A stretch of DNA of 64,000 nucleotides, from positions 4,609 through 68,608 of the forward strand of contig CAIOLO010000049.1 of the NCBI GenBank assembly GCA_903859155.1, read 5' to 3'. Made by a program: the position numbers and the translations under genes. The DNA is from an uncultured beta proteobacterium (lineage in GTDB: Bacteria; Pseudomonadota; Gammaproteobacteria; Burkholderiales; SG8-39). The notes beneath the pieces were generated by a model, which saw only the letters and a list, made by a program, of their open reading frames with translations, was not told where the DNA came from and searched no databases. Numbering within the stretch: position 1 is the first letter of the stretch; each line of letters opens with the position of its first letter. Positions 1-8,686 of this stretch are shown piece after piece.

Positions 1-210
1 ACGCGAGACCCGGAAAAACCGTCAGCGCCCGGTCAGCCGAGCGCTATAGGGCGGAATCAGTGAACCCAGTCCTCACCGCCTTCCCGCGGTTGTTGGCGAT
101 GGGCGCAAAGCATTGCCTTTGTCGTACCATAGCTCGCGCACGATGCGGTTTGACGCGTCAGTGCGCACATTCCTCCTAGCGACGCGCACATGCCCAAGGA
201 ATCCCCCGCC

Positions 211-1353
211 ATGGCGGACATCCGCATCCCTTTCAACCGCCCCAGTTTCGTCGGCAGGGAACGTGCCTACATGGAGCAGTGCCTGGCCGCCGGGCAATTG
301 TCCGGGGGCGGCGGTTTCACGCGGCGCTGCTGCGAACTGCTCGAGGCGCGACTGGGCTGTGGCCGGGCGCTCCTGACCAGTTCGTGCACCGATGCGCTCG
401 AGATGTGCGGCCTGCTGCTGGACCTGGGGCCGCAGGACGAGTTCATCGTTCCCTCATTCACCTTCACCTCCAGCGCCAACGCGTTTGCCTTGCGCGGCGC
501 GCGTCCGGTGTTTGCGGACGTGCGTCCGGATACCCTGAATATCGATGAGCGGCAGCTGGAGGCGCTCATCACGCCGCGCACGCGCGCCATCATCGTCGTG
601 CATTACGCCGGCGTCGCCTGCGCGATGGACGAGATCTGCGCGGTGGCACGCAAACGCGGCGTAATGGTCATCGAAGACAATGCCCACGGCATTTTCGGCA
701 AGTACAAGGGACGTCTTTTGGGCACCATCGGCACGCTGGGGACGTTGAGCTTCCACGAAACCAAGAGTGTCAGCTGCGGGGAGGGCGGCGCTCTATTGGT
801 GAACGACAGCACGCTCGTGGAAAGGGCCGAAATCCTTCTTGACAAGGGAACCAATCGACAACAATTCTTCCGCCAGCAGGCGGACAAGTACACATGGGTC
901 GATCTTGGCTCGAGCTTCGTGCTCGCCGACCTGCTGGCGTCCATGCTGCTGGCGCAGCTCGAGGCCGAGGTCGAGATTTGCAGCAGAAGGGAGGAAATCT
1001 GGCGCGGCTACCAGCGCGGCCTGTCCGCCTGGGCATCGGCAAACGGTGTGCTGCAACCGACGATTCCGCCGGATTGCGACTCTTCATACCACCTGTACCA
1101 TCTGATATTGCCCAATGGCGGCGTCCGGGACCGCCTGCTGGCACACCTGAGGACACTGGGCATTCTCGGTGTATTCCACTACCAGGCGCTGAATGCTTCC
1201 CCCATGGGGCTGCGACTCGGCGGTCGCATCGGCCAGTGCCCGGTTGCGGAAGACGTGAGCATGCGGCTGGTCCGTCTGCCGATGTTCTTTTCGCTGACCG
1301 GCGCCGAGCAGGACCAGGTCACCGACGCGGTCACCCGCTTCGATTCATTCTGA
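211..1353 (+). CDS. DegT/DnrJ/EryC1/StrS-family sugar aminotransferase (WecE-like, PLP-dependent)
   Basis: N-terminus MADIRIPFNRPSFVGRERAYMEQCL..SCTDALEM..FIVPSFTFTSSANAF..YHLYHL is typical of dTDP-4-amino-4,6-dideoxy-sugar transaminases. The ORF opens at 190, but ATG 211 has an AAGGA about 10 nt upstream and gives the canonical N-terminus. Confidence 0.85.
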   Translation: MADIRIPFNRPSFVGRERAYMEQCLAAGQLSGGGGFTRRCCELLEARLGCGRALLTSSCTDALEMCGLLLDLGPQDEFIVPSFTFTSSANAFALRGARPVFADVRPDTLNIDERQLEALITPRTRAIIVVHYAGVACAMDEICAVARKRGVMVIEDNAHGIFGKYKGRLLGTIGTLGTLSFHETKSVSCGEGGALLVNDSTLVERAEILLDKGTNRQQFFRQQADKYTWVDLGSSFVLADLLASMLLAQLEAEVEICSRREEIWRGYQRGLSAWASANGVLQPTIPPDCDSSYHLYHLILPNGGVRDRLLAHLRTLGILGVFHYQALNASPMGLRLGGRIGQCPVAEDVSMRLVRLPMFFSLTGAEQDQVTDAVTRFDSF

Positions 1354-2346
1354 GCGCTGGCCGGCGTTCTGTTCGGGTTTGACGGCCAGGAAAGAGTTCC
1401 AAAGACCGCCTGCAAGACCCAGCACAGTGGTGGCAAGCAGCGTGATCATCGACAGCAGCAGCACGCTTTCGGCCGTGGTCGCGTACAAAGTATTCAACAC
1501 GTAGATCAGGGTGAGTTCCCGCACCCCGAGACCGCCAAAGGACAGCGGCAGCATGTGCACCACGATCATCAACGGCCACACCCAGAGGAACGCCTGAAAC
1601 GGCACGTTGGCCTGCGCTGCCTCGGCCGCGAGCCACAGGCCCACCGCGCCCAGCAGATGCTGCGCCAGCGCGAGTGCAAAGACCGCGCAGGTGGCGCGCG
1701 TCGATGCCGAGGCACAGGTGGCGATGCACTCGCGCACGGTGGCGAGCGCAGTCTGAATGCCGGGCGCCCTTCCGCCAAAACACGTCGACACGGCCGCAAT
1801 CAGCTTGCCCGCCACGCGTGCCGCCGGACGGAACACCAGCGGCAGCGTCGCCACGACCGTGGCTGCCGACGCGATCGCCAGCGCGGCGAGCAGTGAGGCC
1901 GAGTGCATCCGGGTCTCCAGGACAAGGCCGAGTATCACGAACGGAATCGCCAGCGCCAGGAATACCAGCCGCAGGTACACCAGGACCATGGCGATAATCG
2001 CCCCGGCCCGGCGGGCGCGTTTCAACAGGTACCAGGTGACGCCGCCGCCCACCAGGTCGCCGGGGACGAACATGGTGTAAAACGTGGCAACCAGCTGCGC
2101 GCGAAAAACCTCGACTGCGCCAACTTCCACGCCGGTTGAAGACAGGGCAATGCGTGTCTGCAGCGCCTGCAGCCAGCGGGCGGCGAGAAGGCAGGTGAAA
2201 TAGGCGATCACTGCGGGAAAGGCAGTCTTCTCCACCAACGCCACAAACGCTTCGGGCTCGACATATGCGAGGACGAAATAGGCCAGGAGCGCGATCGGCA
2301 GAACCAGTTTGAGCAACCGCATCGAAATCCTAAGCATCAATTTCAC
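1345..2346 (-). CDS. Polytopic membrane protein, flippase-like / lysylphosphatidylglycerol-synthase-TM-region (UPF0104) type
   Basis: 333 aa, hydrophobic throughout with multiple predicted TM helices (LVLPIALLAYFVLAYV, FVPGDLVGGGVTWYLL). Lies in a glycan cluster. Its 3' end overlaps the convergent aminotransferase by 9 nt. Confidence 0.5.
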   Translation of the reverse strand: MKLMLRISMRLLKLVLPIALLAYFVLAYVEPEAFVALVEKTAFPAVIAYFTCLLAARWLQALQTRIALSSTGVEVGAVEVFRAQLVATFYTMFVPGDLVGGGVTWYLLKRARRAGAIIAMVLVYLRLVFLALAIPFVILGLVLETRMHSASLLAALAIASAATVVATLPLVFRPAARVAGKLIAAVSTCFGGRAPGIQTALATVRECIATCASASTRATCAVFALALAQHLLGAVGLWLAAEAAQANVPFQAFLWVWPLMIVVHMLPLSFGGLGVRELTLIYVLNTLYATTAESVLLLSMITLLATTVLGLAGGLWNSFLAVKPEQNAGQRSE

Positions 2347-2379
2347 TCATGCCCGCGTTCAGCCATTTGCAGGCCATTT

Positions 2380-3198
2380 TCATGGCTGCCGGACAAACAC
2401 GTACTCATTGCAACCGGTGGGGACATTGGCCGGAGCCGAGGCGAGCAGTGCAAAATTGCGTTGTTCGAGATGGCGGGCGACTTCCGCAGGGGAGGCATAC
2501 TCGTAGGGATAGCCACCGACCCAGTCGACGACGTTATAGTAGAAATCCATGCCGCGATCCATGGACATGGGGTTGCGCCGCGTCACCGCCCATTTTGCCG
2601 CCAGGATCACCGGGTAACAGACGCCAACGATCATTCTTTGCAGCCAGACCGGCCCCCTGACGTAGCAATATTTTATTGCTGCCCAGAGCGGCGACGTCCA
2701 GTGCCGGTTGTAGAGCGCGAGAAAAAGCGCACCCCCGGGACGCACCAGCGAGGCGGCGTTGTCGATGCTCTGCCACATGCTCCCGGTGTGATGCAGAACG
2801 CCCCAGGAATGCACGATGTCATAGCCATGCTCCCCGGGCGCGAGCTTTTTCAAGGCGTCCAGCGTCACCGGGTCGAGGATCGAACCGACAACCACCGGTA
2901 AGGCGCGTCCGGCCACCTCCGGGAAATGCTGGCGGTTGCGCTCCAGCACCTGAGTGCATTTCGGGTTGATGTCGCAGCCGACAACATGCGCGCCCAGGGA
3001 GGCGGCGCCAAGCAGGCTCAGTCCCTGCCCGAAACCGACATCGAGGAAATGCTTTCCCAAAACGTCAAGGCCGCCGCGGGCCATGAACCCGGCGAAATCC
3101 GCCCGTGCCTGCCGAACCCTGTCGGGTGTCAGCGCATGGTCGGAAAAATCGCTCCAGTTCTCCCCGAAATCGAATTGCCGCATCAGGTGATTTTCCAA
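2380..3198 (-). CDS. Class I SAM-dependent methyltransferase
   Basis: Motif I region LDVGFGQGLSLLGAASLGAHVVGCDINP, followed by an acidic loop and YDIVHSWGVLHH. Confidence 0.75.
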   Translation of the reverse strand: MENHLMRQFDFGENWSDFSDHALTPDRVRQARADFAGFMARGGLDVLGKHFLDVGFGQGLSLLGAASLGAHVVGCDINPKCTQVLERNRQHFPEVAGRALPVVVGSILDPVTLDALKKLAPGEHGYDIVHSWGVLHHTGSMWQSIDNAASLVRPGGALFLALYNRHWTSPLWAAIKYCYVRGPVWLQRMIVGVCYPVILAAKWAVTRRNPMSMDRGMDFYYNVVDWVGGYPYEYASPAEVARHLEQRNFALLASAPANVPTGCNEYVFVRQP

Positions 3199-3228
3199 AT
3201 CGGCGCGCGGCTGCGATGCACCGGCCGG

Positions 3229-4152
3229 CTAGCCCAGAGTAAGCGACAGGCGGTCCAGCACCAGGTCCCCCGGCTTGATTTCATCGCCCTCAAGTTCGAG
3301 CTCTGTCAGAAGCAGTGCGCCATTGCCGCACAGTACCACCGCCCCTTCGCCTTTGCGGATCTCGACTACGCGGCCTGGAATGCGCCCGATGTAGCGTCGT
3401 TCCGCGGCGGGTTTTGCTCCCCAGACTCTCAACTGCCTGGGCCCCAACAGCGTAAACGCACCCGCGTATGGCCGCGACAGTGCGCGAATTAAATTGAATA
3501 TCTCGGACCAAGGCCTGGTCCAGTCGATGCGGTTGTCCGCCGCGACGCGCTTGCAGGTATAGGTCGCGAGCGATTCGTTTTGCGGATGACGCTCCGCTGT
3601 GCCCAGCAGCAATGCCGGCAGGTGGGTTTCTATCAGGCTCAGGTACGCCCCGGTCACTTTCTCCATTACCGGCGCAATGGGTTCCTCAGGTCCGATCAAG
3701 ACCTCCTGTTGCCCGATGATCCCTCCTGAATCGACGCTGTCGCCCAACTCAAACAGCGTTGCCCCGGTCTTGGTCTCGCCATTGATGAGGGCCCACACGG
3801 TCGGGGAGAAGCCGCGGTAGGCCGGCAGCAGCGCGTCGTGAAACGCATACGCGCCGAGTCTGGCGTGACGGAAAACTTCGGAAGGAATCAGATAGCGCCA
3901 GTGCACCGCCAGCATCAGGTCGGCGCCGGCAGTCTTCCAATAGGCCATCAACTCGGGCCCGTCGACCCGTCTGGCTTCGAAAAATTCGGCGCCGGCATCT
4001 GCAGCAAGCATCCTGATATCGTCAAAAAACAGCGGTTCGCCGGCCGCCTCGCGAAAACTGAATACGACAAACGAGGCGCCGCGGGCCAGATCGAGCACTC
4101 TTCCAAGAACGCGCAGGCCGCGCCGCGTCGCGCAAAACACAGCGATTTTCAT
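3229..4152 (-). CDS. Formyltransferase (Fmt/ArnA-N-terminal-like, N10-formyl-THF dependent)
   Basis: MKIAVFCATRRG..LMLAVHWRYLIP..YAFHDALLPAYRGFSPTVWALINGE matches the formyl_transferase HxSLLPxxRG-type core, and a C-terminal Fmt-like beta-barrel region follows. Start taken at MKIAVF (ATG 4152-4150), which forms an ATGA overlap with the upstream GT stop. The ORF extends to 4197. Confidence 0.75.
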   Translation of the reverse strand: MKIAVFCATRRGLRVLGRVLDLARGASFVVFSFREAAGEPLFFDDIRMLAADAGAEFFEARRVDGPELMAYWKTAGADLMLAVHWRYLIPSEVFRHARLGAYAFHDALLPAYRGFSPTVWALINGETKTGATLFELGDSVDSGGIIGQQEVLIGPEEPIAPVMEKVTGAYLSLIETHLPALLLGTAERHPQNESLATYTCKRVAADNRIDWTRPWSEIFNLIRALSRPYAGAFTLLGPRQLRVWGAKPAAERRYIGRIPGRVVEIRKGEGAVVLCGNGALLLTELELEGDEIKPGDLVLDRLSLTLG

Positions 4153-5327
4153 CTTTCCCCCTTTGCTGGCGGCACGAACGGATTGCGCACCGGCCACATC
4201 TCATTCTTCATCGATGGCAGCATCGTGCGCGGTTGCCTCGCAACCACATTTGCGTACATTCTTTCGTGAAAATCAATCACCCGCGCCGGATCGAAATACG
4301 ACCTCATCGCCTCATGCGCCGTGCGCCCCAGTCGTGAACGCTTTTGCGGCGACTCGAGCAAGTGCACGATTGCGTTTCCCAATTCGCGGCAGTCGGCGGG
4401 AACCACCCATCCGGTGTAGTCGTGCGTCACGTAGTCCTTCGGTGCCCTGTTCGCGGACGCGATGATCGGCAGGCCGGAAGCCATCGCGAGAAAGGTGACC
4501 AGATTGGTGCCTTCGTTCAGCGACGTTTTCAGGAACAAATCGGCGCCGGCAAGCAGTTCTTCAAGGTCGCTGCGGAAACCGATCAGGTCGACGCTTTGAC
4601 CCATCCCCAACGCGTCAATCAGTGCCAGCAATCGCACCTCGTCGGGGCCGGTTCCGGCGATCAACAGCCTTGCCCCGGGATAGCGTTCCACAACGGTTGG
4701 CCATGCCCTGATCGCCAGGTCGTGCCCTTTTTCCGGGTGAAGCCTTCCCGCAGAGACCGCAACGAAATCCTGGTCCCGACCCGCCCGCGCGATCCGGGCA
4801 GCGTATCCCGCATAGGCCGGCTCGAGGTCGAGCAGCACCTCGCAAAGCTTTATCCTGGCTGTCGAAACAGCCAGTGCGGCGAGTTCTTTTTCCTCAAGCG
4901 CGAGAAATACCGTGACGAACTTCTCGTAAAGTTTCAGCAACGGGTAATACCAGCCGGGCGGCTGTCGCCGCACCGACAATACGCTGTGGATTACCGGCAG
5001 GCGTTTTGCCCAAGCGATGGGTGCGGCAAGCAGAAATGCACCCGAGAGAAAGATGTGAACAAGGTCGAAGCGGCGTTTGTCGATGATTCGTCCAAGATGG
5101 AAAACCGCCGCCGCAATCCGCGCCGCTCCGGTTTTTTCCCGCAGCACTTCGACCCGGATCCCCAGTGATTCAATTCGGCTCTTGTAGATGCCTTGCCCGT
5201 GGATGGAAAGCACGGTGATGTCCAGCGTCCTCCGGTTCAGGCGCTCGCATAGTTGATACAGGATCTCCTGCGCGCCCCCGCCGTCGAGGTTGTCTATCAA
5301 AATAAGTAGCCGTGTTTTTTCTTTCAT
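4149..5327 (-). CDS. Glycosyltransferase family 4 (GT-B, GT1 superfamily)
   Basis: N-terminal LILIDNLDGGGAQE and a C-terminal EGTNLVTFLAMASGLPIIAS..G (EX7E-type region). Confidence 0.85.
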   Translation of the reverse strand: MKEKTRLLILIDNLDGGGAQEILYQLCERLNRRTLDITVLSIHGQGIYKSRIESLGIRVEVLREKTGAARIAAAVFHLGRIIDKRRFDLVHIFLSGAFLLAAPIAWAKRLPVIHSVLSVRRQPPGWYYPLLKLYEKFVTVFLALEEKELAALAVSTARIKLCEVLLDLEPAYAGYAARIARAGRDQDFVAVSAGRLHPEKGHDLAIRAWPTVVERYPGARLLIAGTGPDEVRLLALIDALGMGQSVDLIGFRSDLEELLAGADLFLKTSLNEGTNLVTFLAMASGLPIIASANRAPKDYVTHDYTGWVVPADCRELGNAIVHLLESPQKRSRLGRTAHEAMRSYFDPARVIDFHERMYANVVARQPRTMLPSMKNEMWPVRNPFVPPAKGER

Positions 5328-5687
5328 TCGCTACCCGTTGTTGTCCCCGGCCCTGTCGGGCCGGGGCCTCGCGGTGATCTCCAGAGGCCGCACGAACCAC
5401 GCGGATTTTCTCACGTAATAACTGCACACCATTTGCTTTTGAATGGTCGTCTGCGGTTCGCGGGCGATTCCAGTGCGACCAGGCCCCGGCGGCGCGCGGC
5501 AGCAGGTACGCGGACCATCGGGGGCTTGCGGCATCGCCATCGCGCAGACGGCGGTGCCTCCGTTAAACTGTGCGTGCCATGACTGAGCAAATCAAGCCCG
5601 CAGCGCGTCCCCGACCTCATGCACCTGGCATGAGATGGCGACGCTGGGCACAACCGATCGGCTAACCATTCAGGCCAGAGGCGCGCG

Positions 5688-6857
5688 GTGAACCTCCTTT
5701 TGATCAATTACGAGTACCCGCCGATCGGCGGCGGTGCGGGCAATGCGACCCTGTTCCTGGCGCGCGCCCTGCACCGGCTGGGCCATCGCGTAACCGTGCT
5801 GACCTCGGCTTACGCGGAGCATTCGGGCCTTCTGGAGGACGCTGGCGTGGCGGTACACCGGTTGAATGTGGGACGCCGCGCCGCGGACCGGGCCAGCGAG
5901 CGGGAAATGTTTTCCTTTCTGCTTGCGGCGATGCGCGCGGCGCCGTCGATTGCGGCGAGCGCCTCTATCGACGCGGTTATCGTCTTTTTCACCTTGCCTT
6001 GCGGACCGGTGGCACTGAGGTTAAGCCGGGCCATGGGGCTGCCCTACGTCGTTTCCCTGCGCGGCGGCGACGTTCCGGGTTTCGTCCCTGAAATTGCCTG
6101 GCAGCATCGTTTGCTGACCCTGCTGAGGCGGCGCGTGCTGCGCCATGCCCTGGCAATCGTCGCCAACGATGCCGGGCTCGCCCGTCTTTCGGCGCTCGCC
6201 GACCCGTACGCCGTCAAGGTGATTCCCAACGGGGTCGATAGCCGGTTTTTTGTCCCGCGCAGTGTTCCCGAGGCCCCGGGCGGGCCGACCAGGGTGCTGT
6301 TCGTCGGCCGCTTCCACCGGCAGAAGAACCTGCCATTTTTTCTGCAGCAGATGGCAGGCCTGCACGCCGCCGGTCCGGATGACTGGCGCCTGGCGCTGGT
6401 GGGCGATGGCGAGGAGCGCCGCGCCCTCGAGCGCGACGTGCGTAGCCTCGGCCTCACCGCCATCACCACCTGGCACGGCTGGCAAAGGGACAAGGCCGAG
6501 CTGCTCGGTTTGTACCAGCAGGCCGACGTGGTGGTGAACCCTTCGCTCTACGAAGGCATGCCCAACGTCGTGCTCGAGGCCATGGCCTGCGGCCTGCCGG
6601 TCGTGGCGAGCGCCGTGCCGGGCAACGATTCCCTGGTGCGGCCGGGTGAAACCGGGTTCCTTTTTCCGGCGGGCGATGGCGGCGCCCTGCGCGCCGCATT
6701 GCGGGAAATCCGCGAAAAGCCCGCCCAGGCGCGCATCCTGGGCCAGAATGGGAGGCGCCGCGTGGAGCAAGAGTTTTCCTGGGAGCAGGTGGCGCGCGGC
6801 TATCTCGACCTTTTCAATCCTGCAAGCCGATCCGAATCACGCCATGAAATTTCCTGA
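5688..6857 (+). CDS. Glycosyltransferase family 4
   Basis: MNLLLINYEYPPIGGGAGNA.. and YEGMPNVVLEAMACGLPVVASAVPGNDSLVRPGETGFLF are the classic GT4 N- and C-terminal signatures. Confidence 0.85.
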   Translation: MNLLLINYEYPPIGGGAGNATLFLARALHRLGHRVTVLTSAYAEHSGLLEDAGVAVHRLNVGRRAADRASEREMFSFLLAAMRAAPSIAASASIDAVIVFFTLPCGPVALRLSRAMGLPYVVSLRGGDVPGFVPEIAWQHRLLTLLRRRVLRHALAIVANDAGLARLSALADPYAVKVIPNGVDSRFFVPRSVPEAPGGPTRVLFVGRFHRQKNLPFFLQQMAGLHAAGPDDWRLALVGDGEERRALERDVRSLGLTAITTWHGWQRDKAELLGLYQQADVVVNPSLYEGMPNVVLEAMACGLPVVASAVPGNDSLVRPGETGFLFPAGDGGALRAALREIREKPAQARILGQNGRRRVEQEFSWEQVARGYLDLFNPASRSESRHEIS

Positions 6858-7443
6858 ATCACCGCTGGCGCATCAACTGCTTGACGGCCTCAAGGGGCTG
6901 GAGATCGGGGGCGCGGCACACAATGCCTTTGGCCTGGATACCCTGAATGTCGACCGGATCGAACAGAGTCACCCCGATTTTGTCCCGTACGCCACCGAAC
7001 AGCGCGGTATCTGCGGGGAAGTAATGCCTGTCGATGTGGTGGCGCCGGGGGACCAACTGCCTTTTCCGGACAAGTCATTCGATTTCATCATTTCATCGCA
7101 TGTCATAGAGCATTTCTGGGATCCGATAGGCGCGATCAAGGAGTGGGCGCGAGTCGCAAGGAAATACATTTACATCATCTGCCCGCATCGCGACGCGCTG
7201 CCCTCAGACCGGGATAAGCCGCTGACGACCCTGGAAGAACTGTGGCGGCGCCACCATGGGGAGCTGCGGGTGCGGGGCGGGGACGAGCACTTCAGCCGGT
7301 GGCTGCCGGACACCTTTGCGGCCATGTGCGAAAGCGCCGGGTTCGTGATTTGCAAGCGGCAGAGCGTTGACGACAAGGTGGGCAATGGTTTTACAGTGGT
7401 CATCCGCCCGGATGCCAAGGTGCCGATGCCTGCGGCGGACTGA
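6844..7443 (+). CDS. SAM-dependent methyltransferase (Methyltransf_11-like)
   Basis: MKFPESPLAHQLLDGLKGLEIGGAAHNAFG..FPDKSFDFIISSHVIEHFWDP. The ORF opens at 6646 but that part overlaps the GT4 gene, so ATG 6844 was chosen (14 nt overlap with the GT4 stop). Confidence 0.7.
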   Translation: MKFPESPLAHQLLDGLKGLEIGGAAHNAFGLDTLNVDRIEQSHPDFVPYATEQRGICGEVMPVDVVAPGDQLPFPDKSFDFIISSHVIEHFWDPIGAIKEWARVARKYIYIICPHRDALPSDRDKPLTTLEELWRRHHGELRVRGGDEHFSRWLPDTFAAMCESAGFVICKRQSVDDKVGNGFTVVIRPDAKVPMPAAD

Positions 7444-7495
7444 AACGGTGATGCTGCCGCAACCGGATCACTGACTCCCCGCCCGCCGCCAACCC

Positions 7496-8686
7496 ATGCA
7501 CATCCTGCTTCCTTTCTGCCGCGCCGCCGCGACCCTGCTGCCGTTTTACCGGCACTTTCACGACGGAATTGCTAATGCGGCGCTGGCCCTCGGCCATGCG
7601 GTATCGCGCTTTGAATTCGACACCGTCGGCCAGGTTTCGCCCGCGGAGAAGGACGCCTTGTACCGCCTTCTGGTCGCGCAGGAACCCGAACTGGTGCTCG
7701 ACCTGTGCTGCTGGGGGCATGCGTTATCGCAATTGAATATCTGGGACGGCAGCGAAAAGGGCCAGGCGATGTTCGATGCGGTCGATGCCTGCTACGTTGG
7801 CTGGCTGTTCGATCAGGCTTACCTGCAACCGCTGTCGCGGTTGCAATCGGCCAGACTCTACGCCGCGGTTCCGGATCAGTTCCATGCCGGGCAGATCGCG
7901 CTCGTCTATCCGGAGGTCAGCTTGCGCGGCCTGGCGCTGGCGCCGCCGGCGGTATGCGCCGCGGACGATCGCTCCAGCCAGCCCTGGCCGGCGCGGGACA
8001 TCGATGTGCTGTATGTCGGCAACCTGCATCCCGAGGCGCTCGAGCGGCTGTGGAGTGCCGATGCCGATGCGGCATTGTTCGACGCGGCTGCCGACCGCGC
8101 GCTTGCCCACCCGGACCAGGCGCTGCATGTGAGCCTGCAGCAGGCGGCGGCGGCGCTGGACACGGAGCTGACACCCGCGCGGGCGCTGGGAATTCTGCGA
8201 CCGGTGGAATATTTTCAACGCGCCCGCCATCGTCTGGATCTGGTGCAGGCCGCCGCCCGTGCGGGGGCGCGCCTGTGTGTTGTCGGGCAGGGCTGGAAAG
8301 ACGTGAACCTGCCGGACACGGTCACCCTGATGGAGCCGACGGACTATGACGGATTTTTCCGTCTCATGGGACGCGCGAAAATCTGCCTGGATGTTTCGAC
8401 CTACGTCGGCGGCGCGAACGACAGGGTGTTCAGCATCAGCGTCAACGGCGCGATCTGCGTGACGAATGCCGAGCGTTACCTGGGGCAGTGGTACGGCGCG
8501 GACAGCGCCATGGTCTACTACTCCACCCAGCGATTGCAGGAAGTGCCGGACCTGCTGCGCTCGCTGCTGGGGCAGGGCGCCCGGGCGGAGGAACGTATCC
8601 GGCGCTCCCGTGACATCACGCTCAAGCACCACACCTGGACCAACCGCCTGGAGGAAATTCTGGCGGCAACCTCTGCCCGGGATTAG
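7496..8686 (+). CDS. CgeB-family / Glyco_trans_1_2-like glycosyltransferase (putative)
   Basis: The C-terminal half (VGQGW..YDGFFRLMGRAKICLDVS..GANDRVFSISVNGAICVTN..HHTWTNRLEEIL) resembles the CgeB/DUF3880 spore-maturation-type glycosyltransferase C-terminus. Confidence 0.45.
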   Translation: MHILLPFCRAAATLLPFYRHFHDGIANAALALGHAVSRFEFDTVGQVSPAEKDALYRLLVAQEPELVLDLCCWGHALSQLNIWDGSEKGQAMFDAVDACYVGWLFDQAYLQPLSRLQSARLYAAVPDQFHAGQIALVYPEVSLRGLALAPPAVCAADDRSSQPWPARDIDVLYVGNLHPEALERLWSADADAALFDAAADRALAHPDQALHVSLQQAAAALDTELTPARALGILRPVEYFQRARHRLDLVQAAARAGARLCVVGQGWKDVNLPDTVTLMEPTDYDGFFRLMGRAKICLDVSTYVGGANDRVFSISVNGAICVTNAERYLGQWYGADSAMVYYSTQRLQEVPDLLRSLLGQGARAEERIRRSRDITLKHHTWTNRLEEILAATSARD

